A DNA stretch of 60,000 nucleotides from Botryllus schlosseri (GCA_051294905.1 CM119371.1:19346001-19406000); one strand, 5' to 3'; positions 1-12,467 are shown, counted from the stretch's first letter. A program made the numbers and translations. Notes: a model not told the origin generated them from the letters alone.

Positions 1-2
1 CG

Positions 3-377
3 GACGATAAAGCGCTAGAAGCGTTGGCAGCGGCCGAACTGTTGAAGGAAGCTAAACGTGGGCGAGAGAGAGAGAAAACGTTGGGAACGGAAGGATGGAA
101 GAAGCCGACCGGCCGTCCGAACAAACTCTTCATAGGAAGATCGGTAGCGAGTGCTATGAAGCAGACTCGGTACCAAGACGAAACAAGACGCAGTAAAAGC
201 TCAAAATCGAGCCAAGACTCACGAGATAAGAAGCGCTCTCGAGCGTCTCCAGAGAAAACGCATACAAGCAAGAAAGACATTGAGGAAGCTGACTCTCGAA
301 AGAGAAAACGCAAGCATTATGATATGGATTACGAGAAGAAATTTAAAGATAAGAAGCGAAAGTCTGAACGGCGGTAG
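3..377 (+). CDS. POLR1D: POLR1D isoform-2-like protein, 5'-truncated by the window edge
   Basis: Frame open from base 3: DDKALEALAAAELLKEAKRGREREKTLGTEGWKKPTGRPNKLFI resembles human POLR1D isoform 2 (EDQELERKAIEELLKEAKRGKTRAETMGPMGW...TNKRFL), followed by a K/R/S-rich tail; stop TAG ends at 377. This is not the AC19 polymerase-subunit isoform. Confidence 0.75.
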   Translation, partial: DDKALEALAAAELLKEAKRGREREKTLGTEGWKKPTGRPNKLFIGRSVASAMKQTRYQDETRRSKSSKSSQDSRDKKRSRASPEKTHTSKKDIEEADSRKRKRKHYDMDYEKKFKDKKRKSERR

Positions 378-539
378 TCAGGAGGGAGATTCGAAATCCG
401 TTAGGCGCCTTCGCAGAATTTGTTTGCTGTCGGTACTGTCGGGGGGAAATAGAGTGCAGCATTCAACGCCTAAACCGTCATGCTTTTACACTGCTCGACT
501 TGCAGTTGTGAGCAAGGTTTATCAAGCATATGCACTGTG

Positions 540-843
540 TAGGGTTACCATATTTTGGAAATCTTAAAAGAGAACACTTTTTCAGAATTTTGAGACTTGC
601 AAAACCGGAGGAAAATCCCGAAAAAATGATGAAAAAAAATCAAAAAAACAAAAAGAAGGTCAACTTTCAGGCTCAGCTCCCGAAATACCCGCCGCAGCGT
701 ATTTACGGCATATCAGTCGAATTTGACCGTAAATTTGACCAAAATTCTCAAAAGAGAGGACAAAAGGGCGTTCTCCGAGGACGCTTTCAAATAAGTCGAA
801 AAAGAGGACAAATCCTCTTTCAAGAAGACGTACGGTAACCCTA
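540..843. mobile_element. hAT-type MITE (TAGGGTTACC termini)
   Basis: TIRs tagggttacc...ggtaacccta; perfect 8-bp TSD gcactgtg at 532-539 and 844-851; related copy at 57536-57881. Confidence 0.9.
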
Positions 844-1046
844 GCACTGTGTATACTGCACGGTGAAGAGCAAATTTTGCGCCAAACTTTCGGTTGCAGA
901 TTATTTATGCGTTTGCCTTTTCCAAAACATTTTCGAGAGTAGATATAGGCTACTCTTATGCATTAAATGTGCGAAGTGATGTACGAAAGTGTTTATTCTT
1001 TTCAATTGCATGCACTTTATGCTACATTACTTTTAAGTGGTATGCC

Positions 1047-1481
1047 GAGGGTTGTAAGCAAGTCACAAGTCAATTACGGTAGACTTTTATAGTTTTGACT
1101 CGAGTCAATTTGAGTGATTTTTAATTCACTACCGAGTAAGTCCAAGTCCAATTTCGGGAGCAAAGGGATGAGTCCGAGCGTTAAGACTCGAGTTCAAGTC
1201 ATAGTGGTAACTGTTCAGTATCTAGTTCCAGTCAAGTTCAACTTACTCCTGTGAAACTCTTGGGTGATATCGCTGACCTCGGATTCATAAATATACTCAT
1301 GTTATCTCACTCTAGACATGTTTATTCAAACTGATAAAAGACAGCTTCTGTGCCTATTTTTCAACCGTCGGTCTTGAGATAGGAGACTTGAATAAGTGAT
1401 ATAGAATGTGTCGAGTCATGCTCATTGACTCGAGTACAAGTCGAGTCAATACACAAACTGACTCAAGTCATTACCACCCTG
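1047..1481 (-). mobile_element. GACTC-rich hAT-type MITE family copy (CAGGGTTGTAA termini)
   Basis: Similar to copies at 15252-15696, 16331-16874 and 49074-49646; many GACTCGAGTC subterminal motifs. Confidence 0.75.
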
Positions 1482-1681
1482 GGCACGCAATTCATGCAGA
1501 TATATCAAAAGGTTACCGGGTTAAAAATGTTTCAGAACAGCTGCCATAGACAATGGCTAAATCAGCACTGAATATTTATTGAGTTTGTTTTAGTACTGAT
1601 ACTTAGTCCCTTAATTCACAATGCAAAACTTTCACCCATTTTAACTCTTGTGTGTTTCATCCTCACAGCGTTAGGACTTAG

Positions 1682-1991
1682 ATGATGAGTTTTGACACGT
1701 ACCGCGAGTTTGAGGCGTCCTTGCAAGCGGCCAGGGAAAGAAGAAAAAAGCCGAACGTCAACAAGAGAGTGCTGAAAAAATTCATACTGAGCACGGAAGC
1801 CCACAATCGGAATCAGGAAGAGCAGGAGATGTGGACGAAGCATTTTGCGTCGAAAAATAAAAACTCTGAAACGTCGCAGTCGTCATCGGACGAGAGACAC
1901 AAGAAAAAGAAGAAAAAGGCGACAAAAAAGGAGAGAATTGACGAGAAAAAAGAACAAAAGAAACGCTACGACGATGACAGCTTGTCTTCAG
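1682..1991 (+). CDS. NKAPD1: NKAPD1 (C11orf57) homologue, coding exon 1
   Basis: VLKKFILSTEAHNRNQEEQEMW resembles NKAPD1 [23 protein letters not shown]; acceptor-like tttcatcctcacag ends 1668; donor G|GTAAAG after 1991 (phase 1). Confidence 0.85.
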
Positions 1992-2256
1992 GTAAAGAAA
2001 TCGAACCTGACATTGATAAATATCTGCGACAAAGTCAGACTTTTACAAACTACTGGATTTTCAAATTGCGCCACTAGAAGTAGAACTAGAACCACTCACG
2101 TATTCAAATCTGCACCTAGAACTAGAACTGCGGTACCGGTAGTCACTTTTCAAAATTCGCAATGCGATCTAAAACTAGAACTACCGTAATTTTCCATGTA
2201 GACCTGCAATACGGTCTGTGGACATATGAGCATGCCCCTTTTTATTTTATATGACA

Positions 2257-2408
2257 AGATAGCGTAATGCTGAAGCGTCCAGCTTCTTGAACGGTAGGTC
2301 GTGGGTTCGATCCCCGATCGGGTCAGACCAAAGACCTGATTGGTAACACTGGTATCCATGACTTCCCTGCTTGGCGCTCATGCATTACTGGAATAGCATG
2401 GAGGGGTG
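2257..2408 (+). mobile_element. tRNA-derived SINE (partial)
   Basis: A-box-like tagcgtaatg and B-box gggttcgatccc followed by cgggtcagaccaaagac; homologous to the full copy at 55905-56180. Confidence 0.75.
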
Positions 2409-3538
2409 GTGCATGAATTAGAAAGCCGCAAAGGCTATATCTGCACTTCCTTGTCCAGCGGCATATGCACATCATACACTCATGGTATCCACATGCACAA
2501 ATCGTGTGTATGTGTATCACGAGTCGGTGTATATGCCGCACAAAACATCAAGGACAAAAATAAACTACGTCCTTTCCTTAATTGAAAAAGTCGATATATA
2601 TATATAGCATGCGACACTTGAGCTTGTGGGTTAAATTACGGGTCATGGGTTGGATTTATGGTTGGGTTAGGGTTAGGGCTGGGTTAGTATGCATATGAGG
2701 GTTAATATCATGTTATGTTTCGGTAAGTTTTGGGTTATAAACTCACAAGCTGAAGTGACGCATGCTCAAGTGTCCCATGCTGAATTGTCGTTTTCCATTG
2801 TGTCGCATGCTCATATGTTGGGCCACCGTATAATACACCCCCATGTATATTACGCACCCTTAAAATGGCATGTAAACTCTAGGAGAAAGCCTGTAACCAT
2901 GTATACTACGCATCCTGCGCGAGCAGTACATGCATACTGCATAGTAGATGCGTAATGCTGGTAATACCAGCTTCTCATGTTGACAAACTTGCACGTATAA
3001 ATGTTGACAAACTTGCACGTATAAGTTACCAGCGATGGTTATGCTTCTGTATTAGCGGAAACCGGTTACGCTCTTTGAAGTCTGCTTGCGGTAATTCGAT
3101 CGATGTCATTCTGTTTTGCGATGCCACTCTTGTACAATCGTGACTTAACGATTGCTAATCATTATACACTTAACGGCATTGTCTATAAACGATAGTAGAT
3201 AGCAGCCAAAGCCTGTGAGGCCCGAGACTTCATAGTTCAGTCAAGCGATGATATTCTGTGCACCAGGCCTATTGCTTGGGCCAACGATGATATCGTGCGC
3301 ACAAGGCCTACTGTAGATGTGATTGTTCATACCAGCGTGACCAGGCCTGTTGCAGATGCGACATAAGACACTGCTACTTGCAGTTTTTAGGGAAAAACAC
3401 CTACGGAGGCGGTCAATAATGCAGTACTTCTACTTTTTTGGAGTACTGAAGTAGGTTTTGAACTTGCACTGGCTAAAGTGGTTTGGTTTTTAGGCACAAA
3501 AAGAAACCCTATGTTGATAAAGATCTTGTCTTTTCCAG

Positions 3539-3894
3539 GTGACGATATTGGTCCTGACATTGATGAATACATGAGGCGTTGCACGGCGAAATGGGGTCAC
3601 GATGGGTATCAAGAGCTTTATGGGCACTCAGCGGGTTCAGACTCTGAAAAAGAGAAGAAATCAAGCACAACAAGCAAAATAACAAGTCACCGCAGTCGCG
3701 AAGATCGCAAAACCTCTGAAGTCAATGACAAATTTGATGTTGATTGTGAAAAACGAAAACTTGCCAACGGCAAAAAACGCTACCGCGAAATGTCCAGCGA
3801 CAGTTCAGATGTAGTCTGCACGAGTAGAAAAAAGGCGAAAAAATCTAAACGGAAAAAGTCCAAAACAAAGATGGAATGGGTTGAAAAGACGTAG
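3539..3894 (+). CDS. NKAPD1: NKAPD1 homologue, coding exon 2
   Basis: Acceptor ttttccAG ends 3538, phase compatible with exon 1; KWGHDGYQELYG resembles NKAPD1 RWGHSGYKELYP; K/S-rich C-terminus; stop ends 3894. Confidence 0.85.
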
Positions 3895-5848
3895 CCGGTC
3901 ATGTGCGGTGCGGATTGGATTACAAAATCGCGATGGCTTGTCATCGTACCTGACGCTGAGTCAAGTTACCCCAACTCGGCCATTGGGTATAGAATTATCG
4001 AGTATGTGGAAGTGCTGGATGGGTCGTTGCAAGCCAGGCATTTGACGGTGAATTGGGCCTACAAGACATAGAACGGAAAGCAGGCTGAGTAATACGTTAC
4101 AATGTGCCGACTGAGGTCAGTTGTGTGGATTGGAATTACGCTTTTTGACCCTTTGATTGCTGCATTGGCAGGTTTGGAGCCATCCTCAATTCGAATTTAA
4201 GTAGCCGTTAGTAGATAAAGAACTTTAGCAATCTGAGATCAAATCTCAAATTTTCTGCACAGTCAGAAATTTGAAGTGTTCTACGTTATGCTTGGAGTCT
4301 CCTGGACACTTTTGGATTTTTCAAGCATACCTCAAAGAGACGGGATTCTGTTTCTGCCGAACGTTCGATTGGAAGACCCTGTGCCCCTCCGAATTTCGGC
4401 ATAGGAATTACGGCTGAAATTTACATCACGTGGAAAGAAGAGAACCCGCTCACCAATTTCTGAGTAACTAGACTCTAATATTTATGAGATATCACAATTT
4501 GAAAATTTACCGAACGAAACCCTACTCATTGAAATGTTTTTAATAAATGAACACCCTATCTAAATGTGGATAATAAATGATCAATGGCGTCTCTTCGCTA
4601 CTGTTTTCAATCCTTGCTGCGCAAAAATACCAAAGTTAGAGGTAATAGATTAACCACTTCAATCTTTACTATATTTGCTCACCAACTCACGTGACAGTTG
4701 CACTTTTTTGCGCTATTTTTAATTCTAATGAAAGGCATGCGTTTGATATGTAGATGTAGGCATATTTATGGCAAATTTCCATGTTTTATCTATCTACCGT
4801 ATCATTTGAATTGTTTTAGCTGCTTAACGTAAATATTCGTTGTGGTTGTTAAAGTTATCGGTAAAGTTTGGTGGCTAAATCGTCACAGATTTAGGTACCG
4901 TGTGCAGATGACTACTTCTGATACGCAATTAATTACAGCACCATATGAAATGCAATAGCACTATTATAGTGCTATAGAGCAGGCCTACACAACACTTATT
5001 CCAGACATTCTTTGCTTTTAACGAATATTGAGTCATAATACCACAGCCACTTGAATCCGAACAGATATTTGGATTGTTAAGAGCTGAGAGGCCTTTATTT
5101 TGAAATTCCTTGAGTTTAATCCCGAATGATTTTGATTACTCATGATCACAATGAATCGGTTTCCGCTCCAACCCTGTTACTTTTGGGTCAGCAGTCTGAG
5201 TCGCGATTAATCATTATTGATTTCATCCCTAATATATGATTTGTAACAGTTATGAAACTGCCCAGATTGATTTAGCATTTATCAGCTTTGCGATTCCAAT
5301 GTCGCCAGTTGCGTTGTTAACTTCCTGAAAGCCTCAGAGCTGCCCATTGCAAAAGATATGCATTTGGCAAGGAAATTACGTTGCTGCATTTGGAACTTTA
5401 CTGGTAAGTGACAATGACTGCATCCGTTCTGGGCAGTATAATAGATATGGGATATTTAAAATCAGCAGAGCTGTCTTTGTAGTGAATTTACTGCAAACTC
5501 TGATCCTACGTTGATAATTCCTTTATAATGATAATGCCTCATATCAGCAATGTTGATGGTATGGACGTATGGTATTGCTAAACAGCTCATGTGTCATAGT
5601 GTTTACTAGATGTCAGCTGATAGGAAGTGGTGAAAATACAGCCGAGCTATCACCACCACCACGTTATTCCGCCTTGTTAATAAAGCCAGTTCTGTGATAA
5701 TTCGATCTTGCTGCAATTATCATCATTAACATGCATGATTGCTTTACTATGTCCTATCTAATTGCTCTGTATTGTAAAGTGTTGAGATTATTGCAACACT
5801 TAATGAGGCGAAGGAATTACAGGAGATGTAATAACACCACCAGGAGTA

Positions 5849-7175
5849 GGGAGAGTGGGTAGGTATGGGCCACTGTTGAGGTGTGGGCCACTGCCATATC
5901 TGGTGACTGTGACATCACATATGCTTGTCAAGCTCTGTGATTGTTAGAAAAAGGCTCCAGACTCACCCATGTTACTCACAGCCATGAGGCCAGCGGAGTT
6001 TTTGACTCAGCTAGAGATATATAATTTTTGCGGTCTAAAGTAAATTTATTTGAAAATAGGGAATTTGGGTTTGAGTCCACATATGTGCATGTTTGGATTA
6101 GACTTATTTATGGTGTGAAAGCTATTGAAATATGCTATCTATAGAGTATAGTTTTAATGCTTTGTCAATCTCTCGGATCTTGAAATTGTGGTAAGAATCC
6201 CCAAGATGGCGTGTTTGAGGTATGGGCCTTTTAGCAGGTTGGGGTATGGGCCGGCCCATACCTCAATAGGCTGAAGTATGGGACAGCATAACATATACCT
6301 GAAATCAATATTTGAATGATCCTATTAAATATATTTATCTCTAGAATTCAGAAGGTGTTGGTCTTATCCCTCCCATATACAATCACTTGAAAGTAAATCA
6401 TGAAACCCATAAAAAGGCCAGTTTTCCGAATCAGATCTGAGCTTGGCAATATGAAACGTTAAAGCATGGGAGGTATCAAAAAGAGAAGCATGCCGTCAGT
6501 ACAAAATTGGTAGAGCTACATTAAACAGGTATATAGAAAAACAGGGGATGAGTCTCACATGAAAAAGATTTCAAAATCGTTTTCCAATACTGTCTTTAAT
6601 GAAGAGGAGAAAAGTTTGTTATAGCACAGTAGGCTATGTCATCATATGCTCAAATATGTATCGTGGTTTGTCACTCCCACTTAAATAAGATATAGGGCTG
6701 TGACATTTGGATTTGATGGGGTGGTTGAGGCGAAAGAAGCATGATTTGTTAGTGATTTTCATGTTACATATTTTTAGTTATGCGTTATGGCTTACGATCA
6801 ATACCGGAATTGAAATATATGAATTGTCCACTTCCAGCCCAGCTTTATATCAGTATATACAAACTGTTGGTAACTGTGACAAGAGTTGAGGTTTGTAGGA
6901 TATGAATGGCATTTATTGATTCAATACAGACAGCGGCCCATACCTCACCACCCCCCGGCCCATACCTCACAGCCTATTTTTTATTTACAAAAATGATGTA
7001 TTGTTACAAAATTTGATGTCACTTTCAAATGCAAGGGTATTTTAGCTTAATTCTACCAGTAATAGTTAGCCATATAACTAATGATCGTCTATACCGAAAT
7101 TTAGTAATATTAGACCAAGTTTGGCCAAGTTATAGCTTTGTAAGATTTGGTGGCCCATACCTACCCACTCTCCCC
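5849..7175 (+). mobile_element. Decayed pogo/Tigger-like (Tc1/mariner) DNA transposon
   Basis: TIRs gggagagtgggtaggtatgggcca / tggcccatacctacccactctcccc flanked by TA; internal ~6470-6750 relic VSKREACRQYKIGRATLNRYIE (psq-type HTH) and TVFNEEEKSL (CENP-B-type HTH) with stops and frameshifts. Confidence 0.75.
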
Positions 7176-9661
7176 TAATGGTGTTTTAACATAGCCTATT
7201 GAGGCTTTACGCACTTTTGCTAGGAATTTTCCGTTCAAGTTGCTTCGCCTCAAGTCTATAGGATGAATTATTGATAATGGAGTATGTTTTCAAAGACTTA
7301 ATTTTTGATGGCTATGGGTTGTGGTAGTTGATGTACTTTCGGTTAGTGTTTGACTGATATTTGGTGTCTGGGTGTATTGGTTTATCACTGATTTTGAAAG
7401 CTACTAGGCCTTTATATGACCATGCAAGCTTTATTCCGTTAAGATTACCAGAACAGCAATTACGGTATATGCTTTGTGTGAGCTTTCTTATTGCTTATTC
7501 ATCTTGCGCTATTCCCATCTCTACCTTCAATTTTCACTAATTACGAAAAGTCAGACACTGCCGCAAGAATGATATAGTTATTCGACAATCAATACTTCAG
7601 ATATTGCAGCTCCTGTTTGTAATGTTGTTGCGCTTGCTTGCACTATAGGGCCAACAGACATTAGTCATCACATGTATTTCTGGTTTCATTTCATAGGGAA
7701 CAATGCACACTGGGTCTGATTACAGTCTTAACTTGAAAAGCCACAGCCGAATTCCATCGATATTTTTGATATGATTTTATTAAGCGAGATAAGGTACCAG
7801 TGTTCTGCTTGGTAATAGGCTTACTAGTGTCTTGAATGAGTGTATGCATGTATGTATTATTGTATTACTAATATAATTCCAACTGTGATAGATATGTATG
7901 TAAGATGTACATCACAGAAGATTTTTCAAGTGAATAGAGCTAAATTTGAAATAAATCCCGCTACAGACTACTTGGAAACAACCAAATGGAGCTTGCACGC
8001 CGGTGTAAACAAGCTGCCTATTTCATATGACGATTTCGCAGCATAAACTTCCTTCAGAAGTCGGCATTTGAATGCGAATCTTTCTTGTGCGTAAAACTCC
8101 TAGTTGTTTTGACACAGTCTTCCTCTCTTTCATGGTATCGCAGTCTTGTGTTGTATTGAAATGATGAAATTAATGGAATGTATTGAAACTACAATAATTG
8201 CATGCTCACTGTAATTGCATAGGTATGTTGCATTTGAAAATGTTGGAATCGACAATTATTCAGTTGACCAACCCATGTTTTTTGTTCATAGTATGTTGTC
8301 TGTCGTTTTTAGTTTTAGCAATGCCATAGTAATAGCCTACATTATACTGTGGTCTGTGAAACATCCAGAATTTGCCAAATATTATAGTAGCAATCAGTTT
8401 GCCATAGTTGCTTGCAGACGTTCTCTTTTTCATTTAAATCAGTGCTTCCTAAACTTTTTTGGCTTGTGGCACTCTAGAAAAATCATAACAACTCGCGGAA
8501 CACTTACAAGAAAGTTGCTTTTAAAACAATTGCAATGGTTGTGCTTATTTATATGAATATATACAAGGCTGAAACGCGGTTGTATTGTTGACAAACGTAC
8601 CCTCAATTTGTTGTCAATTTCCAGCAGTCTCTCTCATGTGCAACTGTGTACGGAGTAATTATTTGTTTATGAGTTGATGCATCAGGAGCGTGAAACGAAC
8701 TAAACACTCTTCAACATATAGCAGCCCAATTATAACGTATAATGCCATGATTGGTTGTGGTTCCATTGTAGCACATGCGCTTACTTTTCAGCTATGTGGC
8801 AGTTGGAGCGCTTTCAAGTCACATATGCATGCCTCATTTTTACAGATTTATGAACTTGTATTCCAGAATTACAACAATATCGGCGGTACAGAGTTTGGGA
8901 ATCACTGATTTAATTGTTCTTGAATTGAATGTACTTCGTTTTGTCTTGGGAATATTTCGTTGGTGTTTTGTTGTTACCGTATTTGGTTATTCTTATAGCT
9001 GAATTTGTCTCTGTTAAACAGTTTCCTGTGCGTTGTTATAAGCCGACAAAATCTTGACCAACTGCATTTAGTGACGGCTGCTCCTGATGAAAGTCAGTCG
9101 AAGCTTATACTGGAATTTGGCAATAGGAACATATTGTTTGTTGCGATATTGAAGTTTTGTACCTGGAGGAGCCATTTTATTCGTAATAGAGAATTGTTTA
9201 TGCAATCTTTCGAGGGCCCAGCAGTATTGGGTCACTGTGCATACGCCCTACGTCTTTTGTAATCAGCATCGAATGATTTGTTCTTGTTTTAACAGACTAT
9301 ATCACGGATGTAGTTAGCTTGATTGAACAATTCTGTGTTTTCTTCGTTATTCCGAAGTATGCATTACAGTGTGGCTGGTAATGTGACAAAAAGCGTTTCG
9401 TGAGTTTGGCTCCCAACCAGAGGTGGTCAGCAACAAGGTACGGTGGTTCTCTCTTTTCGTGGTACTTAAAGTAGGTATAGAAGTTATGATAAGCGAAATG
9501 TAAGCAGTAACGCAACAGCGGTCGAACATCATTCGTTTTTTATGATATTGAGATTGGTATAATAGTCATTGATATTATTTTCGTTCATGCGCACGACTGC
9601 GCGTTGCACATTTTTTTTTCTTTTTCAAATATAATTGAATAGTATATCCATATTGAAATGA

Positions 9662-9695
9662 ACCCGAATATTTTCGGCTGACACTCGTCAGGGGT
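9662..9695 (-). ncRNA. Minimal type I hammerhead ribozyme motif
   Basis: - strand ACCC-CUGACGA-G-UGUCAGC-C-GAA-AAUAUU-C-GGGU: complete core, palindromic stem III, UUC cleavage triplet, ACCC/GGGU stem I. Confidence 0.8.
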
Positions 9696-9926
9696 AATCG
9701 TCAGCAACTGGTAGACAATTGGAAAGAACATCGTATATCAACAATCGTATCACCAAATATGATGTCGTCAGCGTGAAATCTCGAATGAGAGAGCGTTCAA
9801 TGTACTATCTTTAGGTGGTACACCAACTTCTTTTGTAGACAGAGTTTTGGTTGCTGACGTCATATTTTGTGATACGATTGTTGATGTACAATGTTCTTTC
9901 CAATTCTCTACTAGTTGCTGACGATT

Positions 9927-9960
9927 ACCCCTGATGAGTGTCAGCCGAAAATATTCGGCT
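9927..9960 (+). ncRNA. Minimal type I hammerhead ribozyme motif (one stem I mismatch)
   Basis: accc ctgatga g tgtcagc c gaa aatatt c ggct. Confidence 0.7.
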
Positions 9961-10347
9961 TCATTTCAATATGAATACACTGTTCAATTGTATACTGATG
10001 TTCTGTACCTACAAGAAGTTTTTCAAATGTCTGTCGGTGAGTCTTGGTCGCAATTAAGTTATGAACACAGACGTAACAATGAACAATTTTCGGAGGTATG
10101 CAATCATTTTGAAAAATCGAAAGTAGGATCATTGTTATGGTTATGGCAAAACTGGCAAATGGAAATCTTGAAAACAATTTCAATACCATAATTGGAAATA
10201 TCCACACCATACCATACTTGCACATTACCCTATTCAATACCGAAATTTCGTTCCATGCCCTGACTTTAACTTCTACTTCGGTAGCAAAGTCAATCACTTG
10301 GTCTTTGCCCGCCCCCAATCTTAACTCATCGAACTTGTGACAGGAGC

Positions 10348-10522
10348 ATGGCTGCTAAAAAAACGAAATTCGAAGAGTTCATCAGCGACATGAAGTCGAT
10401 CACGCAGATACCGATGTTCACGTTGTCGCCGGCCAAGAAAATTGAGAGAGAAGACGGCGACGGGAAGAAAGACGAGAAGGTGAAGACCAAGATTCTGGAG
10501 GCGTGGAACAACATCAGATACG
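10348..10522 (+). CDS. ATG4: ATG4C/D cysteine protease, exon 1
   Basis: DEKVKTKILEAWNNIRY resembles ATG4C DKLKTKFISAWNNMKY; donor G|GTTTGT. Confidence 0.85.
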
Positions 10523-10600
10523 GTTTGTTGAGTTGGTGGCTACCTTTAATCAGTGTGTTGGCGAATTAAACGGTGTTACTAAATCGGATTAGAATTTGAA

Positions 10601-11415
10601 TTACCGTCATTTTCCATGTATAATGCGCAAAATTTTACCGATTTTTTGCCTTAAAATAGGGGGTGGGTATTATACATGGGTACAGCAAGCCTTGAACAAA
10701 ATTTCGCTCGCTCAGAATCTTGAAATCACACCTTTCGTCATGTTTGTTTCCAATCGCGCATCACCTCTAGCCATTGGGCCCCGTAATTCGTATTATAGAG
10801 TGCAACGCGCTGCCAAATGGAGAAGCATGTTGCCAATTAACGAAAAGCGTGTTGCCAATTAACCGTTTGTAGGCGAGCGAAATTAGGTCGCTGATTGCTA
10901 CTGGCGTCCGCGGCAATCCTTGCCGATTCATCCGGCAATCCTTGCTGACTCATCGCGTCAACAACAGGCCTCAACAATCACATACACAAGAGGTCATGTG
11001 CGCAAGATATAATCGCTTGCGTAATCAGTCGCATCTCCAACAGGACTGGTGCGCCCGGCATAACCGTTGGCCTGAGAAATCGCATCTGTAATTGTAATAG
11101 GCCTCGTGCGCAAGATGTCGTGTGTCGCTAGCCTGAACTATCGCGTCGCCGGCCTCGTAGGCTTTGGCTACTATCTGCTATCGTTTAGAGACAATGTCGT
11201 TAATTGTATTATGATTAGCGATGGTTATGTCACGATTGTTCGACAGTGACATCGCTAAACGGAACAACATCGCGTACTAAAACACAACTAGTCGGGTACT
11301 ACGAATGCAGGGTGCGTACTATACATGGGTACAGGCTTTTTCACAGAATTTACACGCCATTTTAAGGGTGCGTATTATACATGGGGGCGCACTATATTCG
11401 GTATAGCTACACAGT
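10601..11415. mobile_element. Tc1/mariner-like non-autonomous element
   Basis: Begins taccgtcattttcc; its 3' part is the reverse complement of 2826-2940 and it shares internal sequence with 13760-14700. Ends approximate. Confidence 0.5.
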
Positions 11416-11538
11416 TTTTTTCGAAATCAGATTACAATTAGAATTTCGGGATTCGCAAAAACTTGGAATTTGAAATTAAGTTCCGAATTAAAATGAAATA
11501 CAAGAAAGATCAAGTTTTGATTGCCTGGTATCGTCTAG

Positions 11539-11643
11539 ACTTGGGACCTATCGCAACTTTGAAGAAGGACATGCCAATATGGATTCTCGGCTTGTGCCAT
11601 CACTGGAGGTCGTCAACGACGGATTTGTCGGACAAGCTCGAAG
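11539..11643 (+). CDS. ATG4: ATG4C/D exon 2
   Basis: AG/GT boundaries, phase 1-1; DLGPIATLKKDMPIWILGLCHHW (cf. SPVLLLGKCYHF). Confidence 0.85.
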
Positions 11644-11717
11644 GTAACTTTCTGCCATTAGCATCAAGAAATAGACCCAATCACAATAATTACTCGTGCA
11701 TAGGCAAGGGTGGTCAG

Positions 11718-12467
11718 TAGGGTTGTTCAAAAAAAACTCTTTTTTCCAAATCTCACTCGCCTAGTGACTAAATCGTCAGGTTGTCCAAGAAAACGATGCA
11801 CACCAAATTTGACTCAATTCCAACCAGTAAAGGCCGTGCAATCTTGAATTGAAATTTTTAATTTATTATTGAAAATTAAAAAAAAAATTCTCGAATTTTT
11901 CTGTCAACCCCATGAAATTGTTCAGCTGTCTTCAAAGACGATGCAAAACAAATTTGGGTCAATTCCAACCAGTAAAGGCCGTGCAATCTTGAATTGAAAT
12001 TTTTAATTTATTATTAAAAATTAAAAAAAAAGTTCTCGAATTTTTCTGTCAACCCCATGAAATTGTTGAGCTGTCTTCAAAGACGATGCAAAACAAATTT
12101 GGGTCAATTCCGACTTGTAGAAGCAGAACTATTTGAGTTTTTTGTTGAAAATCCCCGGATCAAGGATAATCCGAGAATTATCATCGAAAAATGCGAATAA
12201 CTCCGCTTCTACAAGTCGGAATTGACTCAAATTTGTTTTGCATCGTCTTTGAAGACAGCTCAACAATTTCATGGGGTTGATAGAAAAATTTGAAACATTT
12301 TAAAAAAATTTTTTATTAATAAATTATAAATTTCAATTCAAGATTGCATGGCCCTTACTGGTTGGAATTGAGTCAAATTTGGTGTGCATCGTTTTCTTGG
12401 ACAACCTGATGATTTAGTCACTAGGCGAGTGAGATTTGGAAAAAAAAGTTTTTTTTGAACAACCCTA
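11718..12467. mobile_element. Palindromic (foldback) MITE with TAGGGTTGTTC termini
   Basis: Near-perfect inverted arms over most of its length plus an internal ~145-bp tandem duplication (11815/11960); relatives at ~19940-20482, 23529-24001 and ~28760-29049. Confidence 0.85.

Larger units (their letters stand above)
9631..10018 (-). mobile_element. Truncated Penelope-like retroelement with inverted pLTR and two hammerhead motifs
   Basis: ~140-bp inverted arms (9632-9770 vs 9853-9992); spacer encodes ...PKLCLQKKLVYHLKIVH* on the - strand, matching the element at 43061; direct repeat tttttcaaat at 9621-9630 and 10019-10028. Confidence 0.8.

Noticed and set aside
2655..2690. TTAGGG telomere-like repeats (also ~16145 and ~18130)
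   Set aside because: Only two or three degenerate units embedded in dispersed repeats; not a telomeric array.
10137..10340. 67-aa ORF directly upstream of ATG4
   Set aside because: Ends in a stop, is out of frame with the ATG4 start and has no recognisable homology; at most a uORF.
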